Shown here piece after piece: positions 1 through 9,003 of a stretch of DNA of 60,932 nt. Origin of the DNA: Gemmatimonadales bacterium. Lineage in GTDB: Bacteria > Gemmatimonadota > Gemmatimonadetes > Gemmatimonadales > GWC2-71-9. Made by a program: the position numbers and the translations under genes. Each line of letters starts with the position of its first letter. The first letter of the stretch is position 1. The notes beneath the pieces were generated by a model. The model did no database searches. It was not told where the DNA came from and saw nothing but the letters and a program-made list of their open reading frames with translations. Where the stretch lies: assembly GCA_046596135.1 (NCBI GenBank), contig JBKJMX010000166.1:1-60932 (forward strand), read 5' to 3'.

Positions 1-60
1 CGGCGCGACCCGACCGAGCTGTTCAATCACGAAACTTCGGAACTCGGGACTGACGGCCAT
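1..60 (-). CDS. 5' end of a probable TfoX/Sxy N-terminal-domain protein, running off the window
   Basis: ATG at 60 on the minus strand reads MAVSPEFRSFVIEQLGRVAP..., resembling the N-terminus of TfoX_N proteins. Only 20 codons are visible and it is not in the ORF track. Confidence 0.5.
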   Translation of the reverse strand, partial: MAVSPEFRSFVIEQLGRVAP

Positions 61-239
61 GGGCCCTCGGCTGGAGGTGTTTCCCGAAAATCGAACCGGT
101 TGAGGCCGAAGTGCGGCGACGAAAACTAGCCGGTCATCGGGTCACGCAACGAGCCGCCACCGATCTGGCACCGCAGAGGCAGCGCCTGTTGCGGACAATC
201 ACAAAGTCTGTAAACCATTATACTGCAATCGTTTAGGCC

Positions 240-268
240 TTGCAATATCAAGTCGTTTGTATTACCTT
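240..268 (+). promoter_or_regulatory. Putative sigma70 promoter for the DUF4332 gene
   Basis: TTGCAA (240-245), 17-nt spacer, TACCTT (263-268), inside an AT-rich patch (~195-275). Confidence 0.55.
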
Positions 269-325
269 TCCTGTTCAGCCGTGACAGATCCGGCGTCTAT
301 GCACCTGCACGAGAGGAGGCACACC

Positions 326-733
326 ATGACCTACAAGATTCAGGAGATTGAGGGAGTCGGCGAGCATTTCGCCGAGCGTCTGGGCGCTTCGGGAGTTCGC
401 ACCACTGGCGACCTCCTCGAACGCTGTGCCACCGACGAAGGGCGTCTCCAGCTCGAACGGGCGACGGGAATTTCCGGCAAGCAGCTCCTCACCTGGACGC
501 GCCAAGCCGACCTGATGCGGGTCCCCGGGGTCGGGTCGGAATTCGGTCAGTTGCTTGAGTCGGCCGGCACCCAGAACGTCACCGAACTGGGCGCCCGCAC
601 CCCTGAGAACCTCGTTTCGGCGATGACGCGGGTCAACGACGAGAAGCACCTTACCCGGGTCGTGCCCCCCGTCAGGACGGTGTCGAAGTGGGTCGACCAT
701 GCCCGCACGCTGGAGCCGGTGCTCACCCGTTGA
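326..733 (+). CDS. DUF4332 family helix-hairpin-helix protein
   Basis: GGAGG precedes ATG 326. Two HhH-like repeats (IEGVGEHFAERL; RVPGVGSEFGQLLESAG) plus WxxxADLMR typical of DUF4332. Confidence 0.8.
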   Translation: MTYKIQEIEGVGEHFAERLGASGVRTTGDLLERCATDEGRLQLERATGISGKQLLTWTRQADLMRVPGVGSEFGQLLESAGTQNVTELGARTPENLVSAMTRVNDEKHLTRVVPPVRTVSKWVDHARTLEPVLTR

Positions 734-757
734 CGGGCGAAGCCGGGATATTGAACT

Positions 758-794
758 GACGGAGCGTGCATTCCTACTCGGTGCGCGCTCCGTC
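758..794 (+). terminator. Intergenic stem-loop (possible terminator or mRNA stabiliser)
   Basis: GACGGAGCGTGCAT (758-771) pairs with GTGCGCGCTCCGTC (781-794), 14 bp including two G-U. The U-tract after it is weak. Confidence 0.35.
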
Positions 795-838
795 GTTGAT
801 CTTGCGCCGCTCGTGAGCAAGCCAACGGAGGAGCTTCG

Positions 839-2134
839 GTGAAACTGCACACCCAGATCGCCATCGGTCTCGTGCTCGGCGCGGTGGTGGGCGGCCTCGG
901 CAACCACTACTTCGCCGACGCCGCGTGGCTGGCCTTCGCCAGCGACAATGTCGCCTACCCCGTCGGACAGGTGTTCCTCCGGCTGCTCTTCATGACCGTC
1001 GTACCAATCGTCTTCACCTCGATCACCCTTGGTGTTGCCGGTATCGGCGACGTCAAGACCCTGGGTCGGCTGGGCGGGCGCACCATGGGCTACTTCGCCC
1101 TGTCTACGCTCATTGCTGCGCTGATCGGTCTTACCCTAGTGAACACCATACGACCCGGCGCCGGCCTGTCGGCCGAGACGCGTGACGCACTGATGGCGCA
1201 GTTCTCCAGTGGCGCCGATGGGCTGGCCCAATCGGGCGCCGTCGAATTCGGCATCTCGACCTTCGTGAACATCGTACCGCGCAATCCGGTGGCTGCCGCC
1301 GCCGACATGGACATGCTGGCGCTGATTTTCTTTTCGCTCATATTCGGCGCGGCCTTGACGATCATCCCCAAGGCGCGCGCCCAGCCGGTCATTGCGGTGC
1401 TCGAGGGGATCGGTGACGCGATCATCGCGGTCATCAACTGGGCGATGAAGCTGGCGCCCTACGGCGTGTTCGCGCTGGTCTTCGTGATCACGTCGCAGTT
1501 TGGATGGGGCATCCTCCAGCAGCTCAGCATGTACGTGTTCGTGGTGCTGCTTGGCCTCGCCCTCCACGCACTATTCGGCATCTCCACGCTGGTCCGGGTC
1601 CTGGGACGGATGAACCCGATCACCTTCTGGCGGGCGATCACCGCACCGGTCGTGACTGCGTTTTCCACCAGCTCGAGCATGGCGACGCTCCCCACCTCGA
1701 TCGCGACGGCCGAGCAGGAGCTGGGCGTCCAACCGAAGATCGCCGGGTTCGTGCTTCCCCTCGGCGCGACGATGAACATGAACGGCACCGCCCTCTTCGA
1801 GGGAGTGACCGTCCTCTTCCTGGCCCAGGTCTTTGGCATTCACCTCGACCTGGGCGCCCAGGCGATCGTCGTCGTGCTCTCGGTGATGACCGCCATCGGT
1901 GCCGCAGGTGTTCCCGGTGGCTCGCTCCCGCTGATGATGCTGGTCATGGCGACCGTGGGCGTCCCGCCGGAGGGCATCGCGATCATCCTCGGGGTTGACC
2001 GGATCCTGGACATGGCCCGCACCACGCTCAACGTGAGTGGCGACATGTCGGCGAGCGTGTACGTCGATCGGGTTGAACGATCGCTTGCCCGCCCGGCGCT
2101 AGATTCCTCACCGCAGCGCCTCAGTTCCACATGA
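839..2134 (+). CDS. Dicarboxylate/amino acid:cation symporter (DAACS, GltP/GltT-like)
   Basis: Multi-TM protein with AFSTSSSMATLP, LGATMNMNGTA, AGVPGG and DRILDMARTTLNVSGD motifs. Confidence 0.93.
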   Translation: MKLHTQIAIGLVLGAVVGGLGNHYFADAAWLAFASDNVAYPVGQVFLRLLFMTVVPIVFTSITLGVAGIGDVKTLGRLGGRTMGYFALSTLIAALIGLTLVNTIRPGAGLSAETRDALMAQFSSGADGLAQSGAVEFGISTFVNIVPRNPVAAAADMDMLALIFFSLIFGAALTIIPKARAQPVIAVLEGIGDAIIAVINWAMKLAPYGVFALVFVITSQFGWGILQQLSMYVFVVLLGLALHALFGISTLVRVLGRMNPITFWRAITAPVVTAFSTSSSMATLPTSIATAEQELGVQPKIAGFVLPLGATMNMNGTALFEGVTVLFLAQVFGIHLDLGAQAIVVVLSVMTAIGAAGVPGGSLPLMMLVMATVGVPPEGIAIILGVDRILDMARTTLNVSGDMSASVYVDRVERSLARPALDSSPQRLSST

Positions 2135-2140
2135 TCGCCC

Positions 2141-2905
2141 ATGACCCGCAACCCAGGGCTTCCGATGCAACGTCTTACTAATGCCCGCTGGATCGCCGCC
2201 GGACTCGCCCTGTTCGCCGTCCTGGTCCTCTTCATGGCTGGGGCCGGGACCAAGATCGGTCTCTGGGACTTCCGAACAGGACTTGGGATGTTGCAATGGG
2301 CGGCATACATCGGAGTTGCGGCAGCGGTGGCGTCGTTGGCGCTGCTGGCGGTGCTGCGGCCGAGCGGCCGCGTGCTCGGCCTGCTGCTGGTGTCCACGAT
2401 CGTCGGACTCGCGGTCGTCGCCCTGCCGTGGCAGTGGCGTCGCATCGCCCGCACTGCTCCACCGATTCACGATATCACGACCGACCTCGGCAACCCACCA
2501 GCGTTCGAGGCAATCCTGCCGCTCCGTGCCGATGCGTCCAATCCAGCGGAGTACGGTGGTCCGGAGGTGGCAGCGCAGCAGCGGGCCGCGTATCCCGACA
2601 TCGCACCACTCTTCCTCGAAGCCTCAACCGGCGCGGCATTCGCGCGCTCACTCGACGTGGCGCGCGGGATGGGTTGGGAGGTCGTCACCGCCGACTCGGC
2701 GCGCGGGCGCATTGAGGCGGTCGCGACGACTCGGTGGTTCGGCTTCAAGGATGACGTCGTGATTCGCGTCGCGCAGGATGGGAGTCGGGCGCGGATCGAC
2801 GTGCGCTCGGTCTCACGAGTGGGAGGCAGCGATGTGGGCGCCAACGCCCGCCGCATCCACGATTTCATCGAGCGGGTGCAGGCAGCAGCACCACCCGAGT
2901 CCTGA
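2141..2905 (+). CDS. DUF1499 domain membrane protein
   Basis: Three N-terminal TM helices, then PPIHDITTD, QRAAYPDIAP, WFGFKDDVVIRV and DVRSVSRVGGSDVGANARRI. The start may be 2165. Confidence 0.85.
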   Translation: MTRNPGLPMQRLTNARWIAAGLALFAVLVLFMAGAGTKIGLWDFRTGLGMLQWAAYIGVAAAVASLALLAVLRPSGRVLGLLLVSTIVGLAVVALPWQWRRIARTAPPIHDITTDLGNPPAFEAILPLRADASNPAEYGGPEVAAQQRAAYPDIAPLFLEASTGAAFARSLDVARGMGWEVVTADSARGRIEAVATTRWFGFKDDVVIRVAQDGSRARIDVRSVSRVGGSDVGANARRIHDFIERVQAAAPPES

Positions 2906-2925
2906 CCCCGCCACGACGACTCAGC

Positions 2926-3297
2926 TCAGATGTGCTGGTCGATCAGGATGACGTTACCATCGGGATCTTCCAGCGTGATGCTGGCAGGTCCCGTCGTGCC
3001 CTCGTCCGCAGCAGTGAGGAGCGCGACACCCCCAGCCCGCAGCCATGACTGGATCTCCCGGACGTCGGTGAACCCGGCCACCGGTTGTGCGTCACTGTCC
3101 CACCCCGGATTGAACGTCAGGATATTCGCGTCGAACATCCCGTGGAACAGTCCGATCACGGTTGTCCCGGCCTTCATGATCGCCCAGCCGTTCGCCGGAT
3201 CGCCACCGAAGAGCGTGAATCCCAGCTTCTCATAGAAGACCTGCGACGCCGGAAGGTCCTTCACGGCGAGGCTGACGGAAAAGGCTCCGAGTTCCAT
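2926..3297 (-). CDS. VOC/glyoxalase family protein
   Basis: MELGAFSVSLAVKDL..SQVFYEKLGF...DPDGNVILIDQH; start moved to ATG 3297. Confidence 0.88.
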   Translation of the reverse strand: MELGAFSVSLAVKDLPASQVFYEKLGFTLFGGDPANGWAIMKAGTTVIGLFHGMFDANILTFNPGWDSDAQPVAGFTDVREIQSWLRAGGVALLTAADEGTTGPASITLEDPDGNVILIDQHI

Positions 3298-3362
3298 GGC
3301 TATCCTTCCGAATCGGATGGTGAAGGCATGGCGGACCGGCGTGTTTGCCGGACCCGTGGGAA

Positions 3363-5468
3363 TCAACTCCCTCGCGCTGCCGCGGTCGCAGACTGCACGG
3401 CGCGGGTTGCAGCCTCGATCCGCTGCGTGAGGTCTTTCGTCTCGCTGCGCGCCCGATCGTTGTCACGATCCCGCAGCGCTTCAGCAATGCCTGGCAGTGC
3501 AACGTTGGCATAGCCATTGTCGCGGTCCGCCGCAAAGATCAGGTTGCGCAAACCGGGCCGTCCGACGAGTCCGCTTGGGCGGATCAGCTGTCGTTCCACC
3601 GACCGCAGCGCCGCGTTCACCTGAGCCAGTGGCATCGCATCGCCGCCCGCGAGTTTCGCATCGCGGGTCTCGTTGAACTTCTCACCCGCCTTGGCGAGGT
3701 CCGCCGCCGCGGCGGCAAGGTCATCGAGTTCCGACTTCATCGAGATGGCGCTGGTATCCCGACCGACGCGGGCAGCGAGTTCGCCGATGTAGCGGCCCAG
3801 CGCGTGATAGTCGAGCGCCACCACGTCGGCGTTTGCCAGGCGCGCCAGCAACACCGCTGCCAGTCGCCCTGCGGCAGCATGACTCAGATATCCGGGGTCG
3901 CCGAACTTCTCCATCCAGCTCCAGGTGTCGTACGCCGAGTGGTATACGCCGCCCTGACCGCCGAAGCCGAAGTCGAAGGAGGGAATGCCCAGGCCGTTGT
4001 AGAACGGACCGAAATCGGAGCCGCCGCCGAGGTCGCCCATCGGCGGAACCGGCCGCTGTGACGTGACGGTGCGGCGCTCCCAGTCACGATACACCGAGAC
4101 GCTGTCACCGGGTTGCTGGACGGTCTTGGTGGCATCGCGCATCAGGTCCTGCAACGAGGCTGTACCGCTGGAGCCGAACAGGCGACCCGCCGCAGACACA
4201 TCCACGTTGAGGTACGCCACCGCGTGCGCGCTGAGGGCGTCGCGCATCAACTCGGCCCATTCGGTCGATCCCACCAGGCCCCATTCCTCGGCGTCCCACG
4301 TGGCGAACACCAGCGTCCGTCGCGGGCGCTCGCCGCGCGCCAGCGCCTCGCCCCAGGCGCGCGCCGCCTCGAGAATCGTCACCACACCCGACACGTTGTC
4401 AGCGGCGCCAGGTCCCCAGGCATCACGGTGGCCGCCGACAATCACCAACTCCTCGGGAAACTCGGCACCTCGGATCGTGCCCATCGTGTTGTAGATCGTC
4501 TTGAACGCGCGATCACCGCGCTCCGGAAACACCGCGACGCGCACCCGCACTGCGCCATTGCCAACGTGGTAGCGGAACGGTAGCCCACCCTGCCATCCCG
4601 ATGGCACTGATGCACCGTCGAGCCCGGCGAGCAACTGCTCGGCGTTGCCATACGATATCGGCACGACCGGAATCTTCGGAACCTTTAGCGAGTCGATGGG
4701 AAGGCGGCGCGCGTCGACCGTTGACGCCCATCCCGGAGTGGTAGGATCGCCCTGACCGTTGAAGATCGACCCGCGCTGCACCCCTTGCGGCGGCCGCATC
4801 GGACCCGCAGGGTATACGTCACCCTGCGCAAATCCATCGTCGAGCGGGTCGCTGTAAATGATCAGCGCCGCCGCGCCGTGCAGCTCAGCCTCGCGCGCCT
4901 TGATGCCACGGAATGATCGACCGTACCGGGCGATGGCAATGCGGCCTGCCACCTGCACGCCCATCGAGTCCAGCGCGGCGTAATCGCTGGGCAGGCCGTA
5001 GTTGACGTACACCAGCGGTGCAGTCACGTCGCCAGCGCCGGAGTTGCCGTTCATCGCGACCCAGCGACGCTGCGCGGTGGTGGGATCGCCTCGCACCGGC
5101 GGTTCATCGAGGTTGAGGCGCACGCGGCGAGGCCTGATGCGTTCGACGATGGTGGAATCGTGATAGGGGAGATATACGCGGAACGGCACCCGCGCCGTGT
5201 CGAGACCCCACGCATGCATCTGCTGCAGCACATAATCGGCAGTGGCCCGCTGGGCAGGCGTTCCCGCGACATGCGGGGCACCGGCCAGCACCCGGGCGTG
5301 CCGGCGCGCCGATACGGTATCGGGCACGGCCCGAAGCTGGGCCTCGAGCCGGAGCTCGGAGGCAACATGCGTGGGCGCGAAACCGGTGATACGATCCTGC
5401 GCGACGAGCATGCTCGCCGCGCAGGGGGAAATACACGAGAGGAGAATCAGGCTGCGGACAACTGTCAC
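3363..5468 (-). CDS. M28 peptidase, glutamate carboxypeptidase II/transferrin-receptor-like (PA and dimerisation domains), secreted
   Basis: Signal peptide, PA domain (VYVNYG, IARYG, VQRGS), GGHRDAW, GAADNVSG, WDAEEWGLVGSTEW, GSDF and YHSAYD. Confidence 0.9.
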   Translation of the reverse strand: MTVVRSLILLSCISPCAASMLVAQDRITGFAPTHVASELRLEAQLRAVPDTVSARRHARVLAGAPHVAGTPAQRATADYVLQQMHAWGLDTARVPFRVYLPYHDSTIVERIRPRRVRLNLDEPPVRGDPTTAQRRWVAMNGNSGAGDVTAPLVYVNYGLPSDYAALDSMGVQVAGRIAIARYGRSFRGIKAREAELHGAAALIIYSDPLDDGFAQGDVYPAGPMRPPQGVQRGSIFNGQGDPTTPGWASTVDARRLPIDSLKVPKIPVVPISYGNAEQLLAGLDGASVPSGWQGGLPFRYHVGNGAVRVRVAVFPERGDRAFKTIYNTMGTIRGAEFPEELVIVGGHRDAWGPGAADNVSGVVTILEAARAWGEALARGERPRRTLVFATWDAEEWGLVGSTEWAELMRDALSAHAVAYLNVDVSAAGRLFGSSGTASLQDLMRDATKTVQQPGDSVSVYRDWERRTVTSQRPVPPMGDLGGGSDFGPFYNGLGIPSFDFGFGGQGGVYHSAYDTWSWMEKFGDPGYLSHAAAGRLAAVLLARLANADVVALDYHALGRYIGELAARVGRDTSAISMKSELDDLAAAAADLAKAGEKFNETRDAKLAGGDAMPLAQVNAALRSVERQLIRPSGLVGRPGLRNLIFAADRDNGYANVALPGIAEALRDRDNDRARSETKDLTQRIEAATRAVQSATAAARGS

Positions 5469-6937
5469 GGAACGACTCCGGTGATGTCGTAGATGACCAG
5501 TGCGGGACCAGCGCCACCCGGATTGCGCGCCGCGAACACGTACGAGCGGCCGTTGATCACCGCGAGTTCGCCGGTGTGCAGACCCTCAGGCACGATTACA
5601 CGACCACGGAGCGATGGGCTGGCGGGGTTGACTCGATCATACACCAGGAGCCCGGGCGATGCGAGGTTCTCCGCGGTGGCGACCAGCGCCCTGCCGTCGG
5701 CGGTCACCGCCACGTCGCTGATGGTCCCGACGTTGTCCACGACGATCTGGCCCGATGACGTCGGGACGCCCGATGCCGAGAGCGACCAGATCTTGATGGC
5801 GTTCCCGCGCGTGCCCGAGCGCGTACCCCAGGTGCCGCTGTAGGCCCAGTTCCCGACCGCCCAGAGGTCGGAGCTGAACCGTTCGTCGACGTTGAAGCCA
5901 CCGCCATTCGTGGCGAGGGTGACCGCGTCGAGGGCCCAGAACCCGCTCAGCATGTCGGATGCGTACAGCGTGTTGCCGAGCTGCATGACGCCCCACACAT
6001 AGGTCGATCCGCCGCCAGGCTGCACCCGGGCCATGATCCGGCCCGACATGTCGCCATTCAGGGTGCCCGACACATCGATCGCCGCCACACCCCCGTTGTA
6101 GAAGGCGGCGTAGAGAACCTGCCGTGCTTCATCCATCCAGAAGTTGTGCGCGCCGGCGCCGGCGACGCGGATGAAGCCGACTTCGACAGGAGATGCCAAG
6201 TTGGAGACATCGACGATGTGGATGTCGCCCGACGACGTGGTACCGATGTTCGCCGGCCCTTCCTGGCCAACAAAGAGGTAGCGCTTCTGCTGGGTGACGG
6301 GATTGTGGAACCACCACGCATTGTGCGCTTGCGGTCCACCGGGGACACCATTGATGTTGGTGATGACGCTGGAGACGAGCTGCGGCGACGCGGGCGATCC
6401 GCCGTTGATGCCATTGCCGACATCGTAGATCCGGATGCCAGTGTTCCATGCCATCACGAACGCCAAGCCGTCGCGCACGAAGGTGTCGTGGATTCCGTAG
6501 TTGGCCGGGATCGGCACCGTTGCGACGAGCGTCGGCGTCACCGCCGGGGTGGTCTGCGCGGTCGCGGTGAAGACGAGCTGGTTGGCGACGCCGGTGCTGT
6601 TCACCGTGACCGTCTGCGGTCCCGTGGCGGCGCCGAGGGTCCAGCGCGCGGTGGCTTCACCAGCGGCGTCAGTGATTGCGCTCGCGGGCAGAATAGTTCC
6701 GCCACCTGTCGCGATGGCCCATGTCACCGTTCGGTTGGCGGCTGGCTTCGTACCGTTCAGCACGACGCGGATCTTGAGGTCAACAGCCAGGGCAGTCGAT
6801 GGAAACCCGAACTGCCCCTGCCCAGCCACGATCGCGGCCGTGTAGGTGAGAGGCTCGGGTCCGGGATTCGTGGGCGTTGAGCTGCACGCAGGGAGCACAC
6901 TGGCGAGGACGAGCCAGCCAGGGAAACGCAATGTCAT
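5465..6937 (-). CDS. Lipoprotein with a bacterial Ig-like (Big_1-like) domain and LVIVD-repeat beta-propeller
   Basis: Lipobox-like LPAC. Ig-like segment (TDAAGEATARWTLG) followed by repeats IRIYDV, IHIVDVSNLASP, VAAIDVS, LLVYDRVNPASP and LVIYDI. Confidence 0.7.
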   Translation of the reverse strand: MTLRFPGWLVLASVLPACSSTPTNPGPEPLTYTAAIVAGQGQFGFPSTALAVDLKIRVVLNGTKPAANRTVTWAIATGGGTILPASAITDAAGEATARWTLGAATGPQTVTVNSTGVANQLVFTATAQTTPAVTPTLVATVPIPANYGIHDTFVRDGLAFVMAWNTGIRIYDVGNGINGGSPASPQLVSSVITNINGVPGGPQAHNAWWFHNPVTQQKRYLFVGQEGPANIGTTSSGDIHIVDVSNLASPVEVGFIRVAGAGAHNFWMDEARQVLYAAFYNGGVAAIDVSGTLNGDMSGRIMARVQPGGGSTYVWGVMQLGNTLYASDMLSGFWALDAVTLATNGGGFNVDERFSSDLWAVGNWAYSGTWGTRSGTRGNAIKIWSLSASGVPTSSGQIVVDNVGTISDVAVTADGRALVATAENLASPGLLVYDRVNPASPSLRGRVIVPEGLHTGELAVINGRSYVFAARNPGGAGPALVIYDITGVVP

Positions 6938-6976
6938 GCTGTATGATCTCCGGACGCGAAGCGTCCCGTGTGGCCT

Positions 6977-8218
6977 TCAGTGCCCGTGGTGTGGCGACAT
7001 CCCGGCGTGGTCCGGGGCGAGCACGCCGTAGCGACCCATCCGGTGGTTCCTGCTCCTCCACCCCATCACCACTCCAACGCTGAGTGTGCCAGCGCGGTTC
7101 GATCCGTAGGTGGCAACCACGTCAAAGACCCCGCCTGAGACCTCGGCGACACGACCGGTCGTGAGTTCGATGAATGGGGCCAGCCGCATGGTGCCATCCA
7201 GCGCCGTGGCGTCATACTCCGCCCGGATCGTGTGGATCGTCCACCGCGTGATCCCGAGGATGGCATTCTCGAGGTGCGGTCGGCGGGAACGGAACGGGTC
7301 GGCGAGTCGCTCCTCCTCCGGGCGCTCGGTTCGCTCGAAACGATAGGCAGCGCCGAGACGACCGCGCCGCGCCATCACCTCTCCCAGCACCGAGTGAAAC
7401 ACGAAGAACCCGTCGAGCTCCGAGGTGCGGGCCCATTCCACCATCGCATACCGCTCACCCCAGGCGGGTGCGTCGCGCCAGCGCGCGGACGCGGAGACCT
7501 TGCGTGCCTCGCCGCCCGCCCCAGGGCGGTGCTCGGGCGAATGGACATCAGCGTACGACGCCTGCAGCTCGAGTTGCGGCGCCGGCCGCACGCTGAGTCG
7601 ACCAGCCCAGGAATCGCCGAATCGCCAGTTGCCATCGTCGCTGCGCAAGAGCGGCCAGTCGCCGGGTTCAGCGGGCTCGTCGCCGTTGAACACCGAAGCC
7701 TCCGCGACGATCGGACCGACCTCGAACTGCGCGATGGCGACGGCGCGTTCCAGTATCTGCGAAAGGTGATGGTTCACCGGATACATCAGCATCGGCCGTG
7801 ACATCGGGTCGTCGGTGCCGAACGACACGAAACCCTTCCCGGCCGCCACCGCGAGTCGCGCCGTCCCGTCGGTATTGCCAAGAATATCGCGAGCCGAAAA
7901 CATCAGTTCGTGTACGTAGGTATGGGGATGCCGACGATCAACGAATCCCTCGCCCCAACCCCCGGCCGTCACCTGACCGCCGGGCATGGTGAGACCCTCG
8001 CCGTTGAGCGTGACGGTGGCGCCAAGCCTTTCACCGAACGCGATATCGACCATCACCATCGGCTGCACCAGTCGGGCTTCGGTCACCGGCTCGCCGATCG
8101 GCGAAGGCGACATGCGGCTCACCGTCGCGATCCCCTGACCCATCGGCGTGACCCGGATGCGCGACTGGGCGGGCAGCGCGAGCGCGCACCCGCCCAGCAG
8201 GGCCAACCCCAGACTCAC
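6977..8218 (-). CDS. Hypothetical exported protein, probable outer-membrane beta-barrel with His-rich motifs
   Basis: Signal peptide (ALPAQ), alternating amphipathic beta-strand pattern, RRHPHTYVHELM, VNHHLSQ and C-terminal DHAGMSPHHGH. Confidence 0.55.
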   Translation of the reverse strand: MSLGLALLGGCALALPAQSRIRVTPMGQGIATVSRMSPSPIGEPVTEARLVQPMVMVDIAFGERLGATVTLNGEGLTMPGGQVTAGGWGEGFVDRRHPHTYVHELMFSARDILGNTDGTARLAVAAGKGFVSFGTDDPMSRPMLMYPVNHHLSQILERAVAIAQFEVGPIVAEASVFNGDEPAEPGDWPLLRSDDGNWRFGDSWAGRLSVRPAPQLELQASYADVHSPEHRPGAGGEARKVSASARWRDAPAWGERYAMVEWARTSELDGFFVFHSVLGEVMARRGRLGAAYRFERTERPEEERLADPFRSRRPHLENAILGITRWTIHTIRAEYDATALDGTMRLAPFIELTTGRVAEVSGGVFDVVATYGSNRAGTLSVGVVMGWRSRNHRMGRYGVLAPDHAGMSPHHGH

Positions 8219-8229
8219 GCTGCGGGCCG

Positions 8230-9003
8230 TCAGGCCCCTGCCCCGGTCTCCTCGCGCTCACGCAGCGAAGCCTTGAGGTAGTCGCGGTTCATACGCGCAA
8301 TGTTCTCGATCGAGATCTCCTTTGGGCACGCCGCTTCGCACTCTGCAAAGTTGGTGCATCCACCAAATCCCTCGATGTCCATCTGGCCGACCATGCCGAG
8401 CACGCGTCGGTAGCGCTCAACCTGCCCCTGGGGGAGCATGGCGAGGTGGCTCAACTTGGCGCCGGTGAAGAGCATCGCTGATGCGTTCGGGCACGCGGCC
8501 ACGCACGCACCGCAACCGATGCACTGTGCGGCGTCCATCGATCGCTCGGCCATTTCCTTGGGGACCAGGATCGCATTGCCGTCGGGCGCCGCGCCGGTGC
8601 CGACCGAGACGAACCCGCCCGCCTGGATGACGCGGTCGAACGACGATCGATCGACGACGAGATCACGAATCACCGGGAATGCACTGGCACGGAAGGGCTC
8701 GATCAGGATGTGATCGCCGTCCTTGAACGACCGCATGTGGAGCTGGCAGGCGGTCGTCGCCGCGCGCGGGCCGTGGGCCTTCCCGTTGATCATCATCCCG
8801 CACGAGCCGCAGATTCCCTCGCGGCAATCGTGGTCGAACGCAATCGGCTCCTCGCCCGCGGCAATCAGCCCCTCGTTGACCACGTCGAGCATCTCGAGGA
8901 ACGACATGTGGTCATCGGCCTCAACCGGGTAGGTACGGAATTCTCCCTTGGCGTCCGGGGCCGCCTGGCGCCAGACCTTGAGGGTGAGACGCATCGTGCT
9001 CAT
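8230..9003 (-). CDS. sdhB: Succinate dehydrogenase/fumarate reductase iron-sulfur subunit
   Basis: [24 protein letters not shown] and [13 protein letters not shown] clusters. ATG 9003 overlaps the sdhA stop. Confidence 0.95.
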   Translation of the reverse strand: MSTMRLTLKVWRQAAPDAKGEFRTYPVEADDHMSFLEMLDVVNEGLIAAGEEPIAFDHDCREGICGSCGMMINGKAHGPRAATTACQLHMRSFKDGDHILIEPFRASAFPVIRDLVVDRSSFDRVIQAGGFVSVGTGAAPDGNAILVPKEMAERSMDAAQCIGCGACVAACPNASAMLFTGAKLSHLAMLPQGQVERYRRVLGMVGQMDIEGFGGCTNFAECEAACPKEISIENIARMNRDYLKASLREREETGAGA

